The position numbers and the translations under genes were made by a program. The notes below the pieces were generated by a model that searched no databases, was not told the DNA's origin, and worked only from the letters and a program-made list of their open reading frames with translations. 64,000 bases of DNA, from the NCBI GenBank assembly GCA_043747615.1, contig JAYTOU010000053.1:91923-155922 (forward strand). The letters are read 5' to 3'. This DNA is from Myxococcales bacterium. Lineage in GTDB: Bacteria; Myxococcota_A; Polyangia; Polyangiales; Polyangiaceae. Of this stretch, positions 20,773-32,932 are shown one piece after another; the stretch's first letter is position 1; every line of letters begins with the position of its first letter.

Positions 20773-21988
20773 CTGCGCTGCGCACGGCGTCGGCGGAGCG
20801 GGCAGCCGAGCGCTTCGGGTCGTCGTTGGCGAACAGCCAGGTGAATACGACGAACGAGGTCCACATCATGGCCAAGTGGACGAGCATGGGGCCGCCGCCG
20901 GAACGCCCGAAAATAAAGCTGGATGCGAGCGGACCCGTGAGCATGCCCGCTGCATAGAACACATTGTAGATGGCGTTCGAGCGACTGTAGTCCTGCGGCT
21001 CGACGATCACGCCCTGCAGCGCGAGGCTCACCGGCGAAATGGTCGCGAGCGTTGCTCCGGCGACGAATACCGCGCCGCACATCGCCGCGTACGATGACAG
21101 AACGACGAAGCCCACGATCATCAGAGTGCCGATCGCAGCAAGGACGCGCATGAGCATGAGGTGCCCGAAGCGATCCCCGAGGCGCCCCGCAACATTGGAG
21201 AAGAGAAGCATTCCGACCGCAAAAAAAGCAGGAATGAGGATGGTCTGATCGCGCGTGATGCCTTTGCTCTCGATGAGGAAGAGCGGAAGAAAGAGCACCA
21301 CCGAGGCCTGGAAGTAACCGTAGGCGAAGGTGGCGAAGCACGAGGTCTTGATGCGGTAGAGCAGCGTCCACGCGGTCGTCGAGCTCTTGTTCTTGCTTCG
21401 CTCTTCGGGGGTCTGCGCCGAGTCCTTGTCGAGCTTGATCAGCACGAGGAGCCCGGCGAACGTGGAGACCAACCCCGAGGTCGCGAAGGCGACTTGCATC
21501 GACGCCACACCGACGATCACCTTGGCGGCGATCGGCCCGAGGATGTAGCCGATCGCCATTGCCATCGTGTAGAGGCTCATCACGAAGGCCTTGTTCGTCT
21601 TGTCGGCGCGCGTGAGGAGGATCGTCTCGCAGCTCACCCAGATCCCCACTGAGAACGCGCCGTCGAAGAAACGAGCCAGGGCAATTCCGGCGTAGGAATG
21701 GAAAAGCGGAAACGCAGTGACGCATACGGCGTACCCGAAGAGAGAGACGGCGAGCGTGCGCTTTGCCGTGAAGCGTCGGAGGATGGCGCCGATCGGGATC
21801 GAGAAGAGAATGATCCCCGAGGCGAACCACGCGGCGAGGGTCCCGATGTCCTGCTTGGTGAAGCCGCGCGCATCGAGGTGCAGCGCAGTCAGCGCAATCG
21901 AGACCCCGTAGCCGATGCCGAGCAGGAAGATCGCCCAGTAAACGAGCCAGATATTGCGATCGTGAATCCGGTCGGTCCAGCGGCGCAT
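20759..21988 (-). CDS. MFS transporter
   Basis: About 12 hydrophobic segments; GRLGDRFG motif A; LARFFDG. Confidence 0.9.
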   Translation of the reverse strand: MRRWTDRIHDRNIWLVYWAIFLLGIGYGVSIALTALHLDARGFTKQDIGTLAAWFASGIILFSIPIGAILRRFTAKRTLAVSLFGYAVCVTAFPLFHSYAGIALARFFDGAFSVGIWVSCETILLTRADKTNKAFVMSLYTMAMAIGYILGPIAAKVIVGVASMQVAFATSGLVSTFAGLLVLIKLDKDSAQTPEERSKNKSSTTAWTLLYRIKTSCFATFAYGYFQASVVLFLPLFLIESKGITRDQTILIPAFFAVGMLLFSNVAGRLGDRFGHLMLMRVLAAIGTLMIVGFVVLSSYAAMCGAVFVAGATLATISPVSLALQGVIVEPQDYSRSNAIYNVFYAAGMLTGPLASSFIFGRSGGGPMLVHLAMMWTSFVVFTWLFANDDPKRSAARSADAVRSAATSG

Positions 21989-22051
21989 TTCGCGTCCACC
22001 GTACGCTATTTTTCGACCAAAACCTCTGTCCTCCGCCGGTGTCAGACAGGA

Positions 22052-22597
22052 ATGCCTTTTCTCGCCTTCGCGCTACTCGTGGCCGGTTCAGTTGTTGCGG
22101 TCCCTGCGAAACCGCTGAGAGGCGGCTTCGAAAATCCGATGCCAGGGGGGCGTCTCGCGGGTTATTCGGGGGACACGGGGCTCGACGTTGGCGGAAGCCC
22201 GCGTCCCATTTTTGCCATCGCGGCGGGCACGCTCGACTACTCCGAGCCCGGCCATACCGTGTGGACCGGCCCGCGCGACACGGCGAACAGCGTCCGCTTC
22301 ACCCTCGATCAGCCGATCGTCTACAAAGGTCGGCGCATTACACATGTATATTACACTCATCTTTCGAAGCTTCGTTACGTTCAATCCGAAGCCGCGGGCG
22401 TGGCAGACCCCACGCTGGGACGGCACATCGCGGCCGGCGAAGAGCTTGGTGTGTCTGGCACCGCCAACGGGAGCCCACACCTCCACATCGGCCTCCTCCT
22501 CGACGGGCACGTCTTGCAGGACAGCTGGGCCTACATTCTCACCGAGAGCCAGATCCGCGAGGTACTCGGGGGCTACAAAAGCGGGGAGCTCTTGTGA
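22052..22597 (+). CDS. M23 (LytM) peptidase-like secreted protein
   Basis: Signal peptide; DTGLDV, YYTHL, SPHLHIG. Confidence 0.7.
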   Translation: MPFLAFALLVAGSVVAVPAKPLRGGFENPMPGGRLAGYSGDTGLDVGGSPRPIFAIAAGTLDYSEPGHTVWTGPRDTANSVRFTLDQPIVYKGRRITHVYYTHLSKLRYVQSEAAGVADPTLGRHIAAGEELGVSGTANGSPHLHIGLLLDGHVLQDSWAYILTESQIREVLGGYKSGELL

Positions 22598-22626
22598 AAG
22601 AGCGCCCACCCGGTTAATAGCGAGGG

Positions 22627-23169
22627 ATGAGCAGCCCGGTCGTCGGCATCATCATGGGAAGCGATTCCGACTACGATACGATGAAGCACGCCGCGGAGTT
22701 TCTCCGAGCGCGCGCCGTCCCCTACGAGATCAAGGTCGTCAGCGCCCATCGCACCCCCGAGCGCATGGTCGACTACGCGAAGAGAGCCGAGTCACGCGGC
22801 ATCAAGGTGATCATCGCCGGCGCCGGCGGGGCCGCGCATCTACCGGGGATGGTTGCGTCGCTCACCACGCTGCCCGTGCTCGGCGTCCCGGTGAAATCGA
22901 AGGCTCTGCGCGGCATGGATAGCCTGCTCTCCATCGTGCAGATGCCTGCCGGCGTCCCGGTGGCAACGTTTGCCATCGGCGCGAGCGGGGCCACGAACGC
23001 GGCCGTCTTCGCCCTTCGCATTCTTGCGCTGGCGGATCCGCAGCTCGCCACGATGCTCCTCGCGTACCGCGACGAGAACGAGAAGAAGGCGCTCGACGGA
23101 AGTGCCGAGGTGGAGGCCGCCGACAGCGCGTCCTCGGCCAAGAAGAGCATGAACCCGGGCGCGAAATAG
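22627..23169 (+). CDS. purE: N5-CAIR mutase
   Basis: [42 protein letters not shown]. Confidence 0.97.
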   Translation: MSSPVVGIIMGSDSDYDTMKHAAEFLRARAVPYEIKVVSAHRTPERMVDYAKRAESRGIKVIIAGAGGAAHLPGMVASLTTLPVLGVPVKSKALRGMDSLLSIVQMPAGVPVATFAIGASGATNAAVFALRILALADPQLATMLLAYRDENEKKALDGSAEVEAADSASSAKKSMNPGAK

Positions 23170-23226
23170 GCCGCACGATGTCTCTCACGCGGCACATTCT
23201 CCCGAAGGTCGAATAGGCCCCACTCA

Positions 23227-24483
23227 ATGAGGCGCGTCGGCATTCTCGGCGGAGGGCAGCTCGGCACGATGCTCGCGGGCGCGGTCCACGACCTCGGCGC
23301 ACACGTCGCGATCTACGAACCGGAGCCGATGGCCCCGGCGTGCGCCTGCTTCCGTGACGTGACCAACGCTGCGTGGACAGACGCAAAGGCGCTCGAAGCG
23401 TTCGTTGCGCGGTGCGACGTCGTCACCTACGAGCTCGAGCACATCGAGACGAGCGCGCTCCGAGCGTTGCCGCCCTCCACGCCTATTTTCCCGTCGCTCG
23501 ACGTCCTCGAGGCAACGCAAGATCGAGCAAAAGAGAAGGAGTTTTTGCGCACGAGCGGGCTCCCGTTCGTCGACTTCGCTGTCGTGCGCGGCGGTGAAGA
23601 GCTCCTTCGCGCGGCGCCGGCGTTCGGCCTTCCCTTCATCCTGAAGACCGCGCGTGGCGGCTACGACGGCAAGGGACAGGCGCTCGTCAAGACGCAGGAG
23701 CAGGTCGCCGCCATCGCCGCGCGTCTCGGCCCGGGTCAGATGTGCGTGCTCGAAGAGGTAATCGATCTCGCCTTCGAGGCGAGCTGCATCGTGGGGCGGT
23801 CGAAAGCCGGAGAGGAGGTCGTTTTTCCGGTGTTCGAGAACGCGCACTCCGAGCATATTCTCGACCTAACGCTCGTGCCGGCGCGGGTCTCTGCCGAGCT
23901 TGCGCACACGCTCCAGACGGTGGCGCTCGACGCGGCGCGGGCCCTGTCGGTGACCGGGCTGCTCACCACCGAATTTTTCGTGGCGGCCGCGTCGGGTAGC
24001 GCAAAGCACGGCACGCGCACGAAGCCGGTCTTGCGCTCCCGCGGAATCCGAAGCGGCGATCTCGAAGTGTTCGTGAACGAGCTCGCGCCACGTCCGCACA
24101 ACTCGGGTCACGTCACGCGCAGCGCGTGTCAGATCAGTCAGTTCGAGGTCCTGGCGCGGATTCTCCTCGACGTGCCCCTGGCCCCGCCGGTGCTCGTCAG
24201 CGACGGCTACTGGTGCATGGGAAATTTACTCGGTGACGTGTGGCTCGCGCAGAAGGCGGCGCGCGGTGAGTCACTGACGGGGGATCTCGATCTAGGAGCG
24301 CTCGCGCGAATGCCGGAGGTGCGAAGCGTGGTCCTTTATGGAAAACGTGATCCCCAATCGCGCCGAAAGATGGGCCATTTCGTGACCCATGCTGCCGACG
24401 CCGAGAGCGCGATGCATGCGGCGAAAGCCTTTCGCGAGGCGCTCGAGTCAGGAATTATTTCGGGGGCGCGGCGATCAGATTGA
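23227..24483 (+). CDS. purK: N5-CAIR synthetase
   Basis: GILGGGQLG, GYDGKGQ, NELAPRPHNSGH, SQFE, RKMGH; follows purE. Confidence 0.95.
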   Translation: MRRVGILGGGQLGTMLAGAVHDLGAHVAIYEPEPMAPACACFRDVTNAAWTDAKALEAFVARCDVVTYELEHIETSALRALPPSTPIFPSLDVLEATQDRAKEKEFLRTSGLPFVDFAVVRGGEELLRAAPAFGLPFILKTARGGYDGKGQALVKTQEQVAAIAARLGPGQMCVLEEVIDLAFEASCIVGRSKAGEEVVFPVFENAHSEHILDLTLVPARVSAELAHTLQTVALDAARALSVTGLLTTEFFVAAASGSAKHGTRTKPVLRSRGIRSGDLEVFVNELAPRPHNSGHVTRSACQISQFEVLARILLDVPLAPPVLVSDGYWCMGNLLGDVWLAQKAARGESLTGDLDLGALARMPEVRSVVLYGKRDPQSRRKMGHFVTHAADAESAMHAAKAFREALESGIISGARRSD

Positions 24484-24556
24484 GGTTCAGCCCCGCGGGA
24501 TATTCGGAGCTCGTCTTCACGCCGTAGCCGATGACCTGCACGCCTTTCTATCACGC

Positions 24557-25168
24557 TCAGTTGGGACGGCAGGGTGGAACGGGCCGGTCGCAGACGCGCG
24601 GCGACGTAGGCCGAGAGCCCACCGGTGCGGCATCCCCGCGAACGATCTCCGTTCCATTCCAGCGGAGCCAATCCCACCCGCTTCGGCGAAGGACGCGCAC
24701 CTCCACGAGGCGACTCTCCCCGAGCGCGTGCGCCTCAAGCCGCTCGCGATCGATCCCTTTTTTTACGAGGAGCTCGAGCAGGGCGAGTGCGCGCGCGTCT
24801 TGGCCGAGAACCGCTGCGCGATCGATTGCCGGATCTTCGAGGAGCGTCGTGGCGACGGTATCGAGCGCGTTCATCCCCGCAGGCGAAGGCTGGCCCGTCG
24901 CCCCGAGCTCGATCACCGGGAGCGGCCCAATCGATTCGTAAGGCAAAACCAAGCGGATTTCGGGGCAACCGTCATCGTCCGCGATGCCATTGTAATTCTC
25001 GGGCTCGTTGGGACACGCGTCGCACGCGTCGAGGATCTGATCGTGGTCCGCATCGCGGTCGCCGCAGAGCGGCAGAGACTCCACGTGGTGCTGCGCCGCG
25101 GAAGGAGCGACCGCTGGCGGGATGGCGCTTCCGCAGGCGAGCAGCAAACTGACGATGAGCCTCTTCAG
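24557..25168 (-). CDS. Lipoprotein with thrombospondin type-3-like Ca-binding repeat and degenerate OmpA-like C-terminus
   Basis: DADHDQILDACDACPNEPENYNGIADDDGCP; LLVKKGIDRERLEAHALGE; a CTG start gives the signal MKRLIVSLLLAC. Confidence 0.65.
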   Translation of the reverse strand: MKRLIVSLLLACGSAIPPAVAPSAAQHHVESLPLCGDRDADHDQILDACDACPNEPENYNGIADDDGCPEIRLVLPYESIGPLPVIELGATGQPSPAGMNALDTVATTLLEDPAIDRAAVLGQDARALALLELLVKKGIDRERLEAHALGESRLVEVRVLRRSGWDWLRWNGTEIVRGDAAPVGSRPTSPRVCDRPVPPCRPN

Positions 25169-26091
25169 AGCGTTTCGCGGCCTACGATGCGATTTCGTCC
25201 GGTCTTCTTCGCTACGTAGAGACGTGCGTCGGCGATTCCGAAGAGCGCGTCTTTGTCGCGCCGCTCACCGCAGCACTTGAGAGAGGCGACCCCGCCGCTC
25301 ATCGTGATCGGGATGGACGCAGGCCCGAACGGGACCGGCGACTGCGACACCATGTGCCGGAGGCGGTCGGCGAGCACGAAGGCTCCGTCGGCATGGATGT
25401 TCCGCAAGAGGACCACGAACTCTTCGCCGCCGTAGCGCGCAAGGACGTCCTCCGCGCGGAGCTCGCGCCCAATCATGTCGCCCAAACCCTTGAGCACCGC
25501 ATCCCCGGCAAGATGTCCGTGAGTGTCGTTCACCTTTTTGAAGTGATCGACGTCGACGAGGACCAAGGAGAGCTCGGTGCCGTGACGCAAGGCAAACCCG
25601 AGCTCGGATTCGATGCGATCGTCGAGGTACTTGCGGTTGTAGAGGCCGGTGAGGCCATCGTAGAGCGCCGCCTCGTAGATCTTCTTGAGGGCGAGCTCCT
25701 CGTTTTCGTCCACGTACGAGAAGCGAAGGACCGTGGTCGGTCCGAGGCGTATGCGATCGCCGTCCCGCAGGATCACGGTTTCGGTGGCGCGCGTATCGTT
25801 CACGAAGCTGCCATTGGTGGACCCTGCGTCGCGGTAGGTGCTCTCGCCGCCAAGGTGAAAGAAGTGACCATGGAGCGACGAGATGCTGATCTCGTCGAAC
25901 TTGAACTTGCACGTTTCTCCGCGGCCAACGGACGTCACCTCACGGTGGGGGATGGAGAGCACGCGACCGAGATCGCTGCCGACGAGTACGGTGAGCACGG
26001 GCCTGGCGCGGACACCGGGAGCGAGCACCTCTGCCACGAGCGTCGTGATCACGGCGCCCATCGTCCGATGGTCTTTCTCCGACACCCCCAT
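25165..26091 (-). CDS. FHA-domain diguanylate cyclase
   Basis: FHA (GR, SxxH, STNG); DGLTGLYNR, DVDHFKKVNDTHGH, RAED I-site, RYGGEEF. Confidence 0.93.
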   Translation of the reverse strand: MGVSEKDHRTMGAVITTLVAEVLAPGVRARPVLTVLVGSDLGRVLSIPHREVTSVGRGETCKFKFDEISISSLHGHFFHLGGESTYRDAGSTNGSFVNDTRATETVILRDGDRIRLGPTTVLRFSYVDENEELALKKIYEAALYDGLTGLYNRKYLDDRIESELGFALRHGTELSLVLVDVDHFKKVNDTHGHLAGDAVLKGLGDMIGRELRAEDVLARYGGEEFVVLLRNIHADGAFVLADRLRHMVSQSPVPFGPASIPITMSGGVASLKCCGERRDKDALFGIADARLYVAKKTGRNRIVGRETL

Positions 26092-26119
26092 TACCAGCGA
26101 ATGCTACCATGAACGTCGA

Positions 26120-26619
26120 ATGACCACCTCGGCGAGAACGCGCGTGAGCCCGACGGTCGTCGCCATGATCCTCGGCGTCCTCGCGCTCGGTGCCCTTTAC
26201 ATGCGCGGGCGTCCTGCGCTCGCGACCCGCGCCACGGAGCCCATCGCCGTCGAGCCACCTCCGCGTACGGCGCCGCCCCCCGTCGAGCAAGCCGCCCCGC
26301 AAGTCGAGAAAATCGAGGTTCGTCCGGATCGCGCCGAGCACGATCGGCGGGTGACCGAGGCCATGCGCACCGTCGACATCACCACCTACGGAGCGGTGTG
26401 GTGCCCCTCGTGCAAGGCGGCGCACAAGTGGCTCGATGCCCAGGGAATCGCCTACGTCGACAAAGACATCGAGAAGAGCCCCGCCGACAACAAGGCCATG
26501 CGCGCGCTCAACCCGGTCGGTACGATCCCCACGATCGACATCGAAGGTCAGATCTTGGTGGGATTCGACGCGCGCGCGATCGAGCGTGCGATCCGCCGCG
26601 CCGCTGAAAAACGCGTCCC

Positions 26620-26623
<4 letters not shown>
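26120..26623 (+). CDS. Membrane-anchored glutaredoxin-like (NrdH type) protein
   Basis: N-terminal TM; YGAVWCPSC, GTIPTIDIEG, LVGFD. Confidence 0.85.
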
Positions 26624-29347
<2,724 letters not shown>

Positions 29348-29351
<4 letters not shown>

Positions 29352-30370
29352 CGGACGCGGTCGCGCAGCTCAAGAAAGTCGACTACCTGTCGGCGCTAGA
29401 CGACGGCACACTCACCGAAATTGCGGGAAGCGCGCAGCGTCGTCGTTACCTCGATCGTGAGGTCATCGTCAGCGAGCTCGAGTCGGGCAGCGACGTGTTC
29501 GTCATCACCAAGGGCGAAGCAGAGGTCTCCGTCGACGGTCGCGTTGGGGAGCGAAAGCACCTCGGCAAGCTCGGCCCGGGAAGCGCCTTCGGCGAGATGT
29601 CTTCCCTCACCGGTGAGCTCCGCTCCGCCACGGTAACGGCTCTCGGGGAGGTAGAAGTGCTCATTATTTCCGATGCGGATTTCGACCACTTTCGCGAGCG
29701 GCGTCCAGAGATTGCTCTCGCCCTCGTCCGCATTCTCGCGGCGCGCCTCGCAGAAGCAGAGAAGGCCATCGACGGCCTGTTCTCACCCGCGGCGGTCGCT
29801 GAGGAAAAGAGCGTGGAGAAGGCGGTCGGAACGGAAGCAAAGGGTCGGCGAGGCTCCATCGGTCGCGTCTGGCGTGAGCTCGTCGTTGGGCGGCAGCGTG
29901 ACCTCACGTTCCTCACTCTCGTCGCCTTCGTCGGCGCCATCATGGCCGTGCGCATCGGCGTTTACGCTTCGTTTCGCTTCGATTTCGCTCCGCGATTGGT
30001 GCTCCGCACGGCGTACATGACCGGCTTCGCGCTGCTCATCGGCTCCGCGTGCGCCTCCCTCTTGACCTTCCGCCCTGGGTGGCGACGAGCGATCGCCGTC
30101 GCCTACGGAGTCGGCGTCGCCCTCATCTTCAACGAGCTCGGGGTCACACTCGCGTTCGATATTTTCTACAAGGACATCCACACGGCCGACCCGAACGTCC
30201 CCTTCGACATCGAACGACTCTACCGCCGGACCGAGCCGCTCCGAGCGATCGGCATCGGGCTCGTGGTCCTCATCCAGGCCGCGTACCTGCGCAGGTTCTA
30301 CGCGCGCGCGGCGTTCGTGCTCATGACGCGGCTGCGGCGCTTTTCCTCGAAGCGCTCGCCCGGCGCCTGA
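29348..30370 (+). CDS. cNMP-binding domain + C-terminal membrane domain (paralog of the upstream gene)
   Basis: ATGA overlap; FGEMSSLTGELRSATV; GVGVALIFNELG; about 4 TM. Confidence 0.8.
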
Positions 30371-30662
30371 GAGCGCTCGAGCCGACGGTCCTGGCAAACA
30401 TAGCGAGCCGACGCGGCCCCGTGGTGAGCGCGATCTTCGCAGCGCGAGGAAGCGCCTTCACGGCGAGCTCGAGCCGCAAGGCGTCTCCCTGAGTCTTGCA
30501 CTTCGCTTTTGCGCAGAGAGCAAGCGGCCCGCGCCCACGTGTGTACCGAGCGCCGCGACCGCTGTCATGGGCGGCCAGACGCGCTTTCACGTCGCGCGCG
30601 ACGCCGGTGTAAAGGCTCCCGTCTCTGCAGCGAGCAATGTAAACGAACCAGGCGTCGGACAT
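30321..30662 (-). CDS. GIY-YIG nuclease (YhbQ/UPF0213 type)
   Basis: WFVYIARCRDGSLYTG...RLAAHDSGRGARYTRGRGP...ALRLELAVK. Confidence 0.9.
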   Translation of the reverse strand: MSDAWFVYIARCRDGSLYTGVARDVKARLAAHDSGRGARYTRGRGPLALCAKAKCKTQGDALRLELAVKALPRAAKIALTTGPRRLAMFARTVGSSALRRRASASRKSAAAAS

Positions 30663-30669
30663 CGCGCGA

Positions 30670-32727
30670 CTAGAGGAGATCCAAAAACGCGAGGAGCGCC
30701 GTGCGATCGCGCGCGCTCAGCGGTGCGCCCTCTTTGGCGACGTGGAAGAACGCGCCTCCCACGACGCGCGCTTGCTCCAGCACGGCGGCGAGCTCCGGCG
30801 CGCTTCCGTTCGTGAAATAGGGATGCTTCTTGTAGAGGCGACGGAGAGACGGGACGCGCGCGCCGTCTTCATGGACGTACGGCACGACCCCTGTCTTCTC
30901 GTAGCCGGCGCGGCCCCACACGATCGCCCCTTCGGGCGCGAAGACCAGGTGCTCCCACGATGCGAAAGGAATCTTGCTCGCCGCGTCATCGCTCGCGAGG
31001 CGCGCAGCGTGACAGCCCTCGCAGCGATCGCGAAACACCTCGGCGCCCGCGCGCTCGTCATCGGAAAAATGGGTGCGGCCGATCACCGCGGGGTTCGGTC
31101 GGTGGGAGAAGACCATGAAGAACGCCATGAGTGAGGTGCGCAGCTCTTCGGGCGAAAGCGTATCCGCGTCTACCCCGAGGGCACGAAGCCAGGGAAATTC
31201 TCGAGTGGCAACAGTGAATGCGGGATCGCTGTCGGTGCCCGCACCGGCGACGCGAAACTCGTTCTGAGAGACGCTCGCGAGGTCCGGATCGAGGGCGCGC
31301 GAGAAGTGCGGTCGGTTGTTGAAGAGTCCGAGGAGTGGCTTGGTGGTGGCGTGCACGTCCCCGCGGCCGGTGTGGTGGGTGCGTCCATCGACGTACCCTT
31401 CGAAGTGGCAAGTCTCGCACGTGAAGCGGCTGAGGGAACCTTCGGAGCGATTCTTCGGCGCCATGAGGGACGTAAAAAAGAGCGCCTCTCCGACCCGGGT
31501 GTTGACGGCGCGAGAAGGCTCCCACGGTTTCATCTCGACGGGCACGATGGTGGTCGCAAGCTCGTGATCGGCGAGCACCCACGCGTCGAGAAGCGGGTTG
31601 GCCATCGCCCGCGCGCCGCCCGCGAGGATAGTCATGGCTCCCGTGCCTGGCGGAAGGAGGAACGTCTCGATAGCCGGTGCGTCGCCGAACGCGCCCTCAT
31701 CGCGCCAGCTGAGACGCGCGAGGTGGTCGCCGCCGTATCCGGTGACGGTGACCACCGCGGATTTGCCGTCGACGGCGTCGAGGCTGATGGCCTTCGGGGT
31801 GATCACGCCCGCGCGCGATACGTTCACCGAAGCAAGGCGCGTCGCTTCACCGGTCACGCGGTAAAGAAATACGAACGAGTCGATCCACCCGAAGAAACCG
31901 CCGGTTCGGTCGAGCACGTGATCTTCCGCTCCGCCCGCGGCGACATACAGACCGTCGGTCGACTCGCGCGCATCGAAGCTCCAGATTGGTCCGTCGTGGC
32001 GGATCTTCACGGGCTCGGCAGCATCGGGAAAGCCTTCGCTGTCGACGCGGAAGATGCAGAGCGTGTGATCGAGCAGCGCGTCTACGACGAGATGCTTCGC
32101 CGTGCGAAGGAGACGAAACGGGCCATGGCCGACGAAGGTCTCGCGCCTCGGCGCCTGTGGTAGCTCCGGACGAAACGAGATGAGCCGGCCGTCGTGCTCA
32201 TCGAGAGCGTAGAGGAGACCCTCCGGCCCGAGAGCAACGTCACGAATCCCGTGCGCGCCGATCTCGATCTCTCCCGCCGGCACGAGATCGCCCTGCACCA
32301 CGCGGTACCGCGCGATGCGCGATGAGAGCTCGCCCGAGACGTAGACCACGTCGCCCGAAGCGCTCACCGCGAGACCCGTCGGCGAGCGCGGCGCGGGGAG
32401 GCGTTTCACCTCGTGAAGGCTCGCATCGAGGACGACCAGCGCCGCACGGCCTCGCAACAAACCGAGCGTACGATCCGATCGGGGGAGTGCGACGATGCGG
32501 ATCGGATCGGGCCCGAGCGACCCTTCTGAGCTAGGAATCCGCTCGAAATCAGCCGTCTTGCGGCGCGCGCCCTCGAACTCCCGCAGCGCACTGAGAGGGT
32601 CCGGGGCAGCCGCGGCGTCCACCGCTTGCGCGACCGAAACCGGCGGACTCTGACACCCCGCGACGAGGACTAGTGCTGCAACCAACCCCACCCACCGAGA
32701 GGGGCACGGGGAGCCTCGGCTTACCAA
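30670..32727 (-). CDS. Lipoprotein: YVTN-like beta-propeller + di-heme cytochrome c peroxidase/MauG-like domain
   Basis: LVAGC lipobox; propeller repeats (PTGLAVS, IRDVAL, PFRL); GEALF..CETCH, GAEVFRDRCEGCH, RVPSLRRL..PYFTNGS; start estimated (TTG). Confidence 0.75.
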   Translation of the reverse strand: MVSRGSPCPSRWVGLVAALVLVAGCQSPPVSVAQAVDAAAAPDPLSALREFEGARRKTADFERIPSSEGSLGPDPIRIVALPRSDRTLGLLRGRAALVVLDASLHEVKRLPAPRSPTGLAVSASGDVVYVSGELSSRIARYRVVQGDLVPAGEIEIGAHGIRDVALGPEGLLYALDEHDGRLISFRPELPQAPRRETFVGHGPFRLLRTAKHLVVDALLDHTLCIFRVDSEGFPDAAEPVKIRHDGPIWSFDARESTDGLYVAAGGAEDHVLDRTGGFFGWIDSFVFLYRVTGEATRLASVNVSRAGVITPKAISLDAVDGKSAVVTVTGYGGDHLARLSWRDEGAFGDAPAIETFLLPPGTGAMTILAGGARAMANPLLDAWVLADHELATTIVPVEMKPWEPSRAVNTRVGEALFFTSLMAPKNRSEGSLSRFTCETCHFEGYVDGRTHHTGRGDVHATTKPLLGLFNNRPHFSRALDPDLASVSQNEFRVAGAGTDSDPAFTVATREFPWLRALGVDADTLSPEELRTSLMAFFMVFSHRPNPAVIGRTHFSDDERAGAEVFRDRCEGCHAARLASDDAASKIPFASWEHLVFAPEGAIVWGRAGYEKTGVVPYVHEDGARVPSLRRLYKKHPYFTNGSAPELAAVLEQARVVGGAFFHVAKEGAPLSARDRTALLAFLDLL

Positions 32728-32897
32728 CCGCCCTTGGCGGGTGCCGGCTTCGCGGGGGGCGCTGCCGCTGCGCTCGGAGCGGCGGTGGCTGCGGACTTGT
32801 CGGGAGACGCGGTGTCTTTGTCCGGGCAACCGAGGAGCATGGCTGCGCTGATGACGCAGAACGAGAGGAGCACCGGAGCGCGAGCAGAGATCTTCAT
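32721..32897 (-). CDS. 58-aa lipoprotein, Ala/Pro-rich, C-terminal -KGGW
   Basis: ATG 32897; lipobox MLLGC; fills the gap between two operon genes. Confidence 0.65.
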   Translation of the reverse strand: MKISARAPVLLSFCVISAAMLLGCPDKDTASPDKSAATAAPSAAAAPPAKPAPAKGGW

Positions 32898-32932
32898 GGT
32901 CTCGATGGGACCACAAGCACCCGGATTGCGCC

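Noticed and set aside
30321..30662. GIY-YIG as a homing endonuclease or mobile element
   Set aside because: Short stand-alone domain with no intron or terminal repeats
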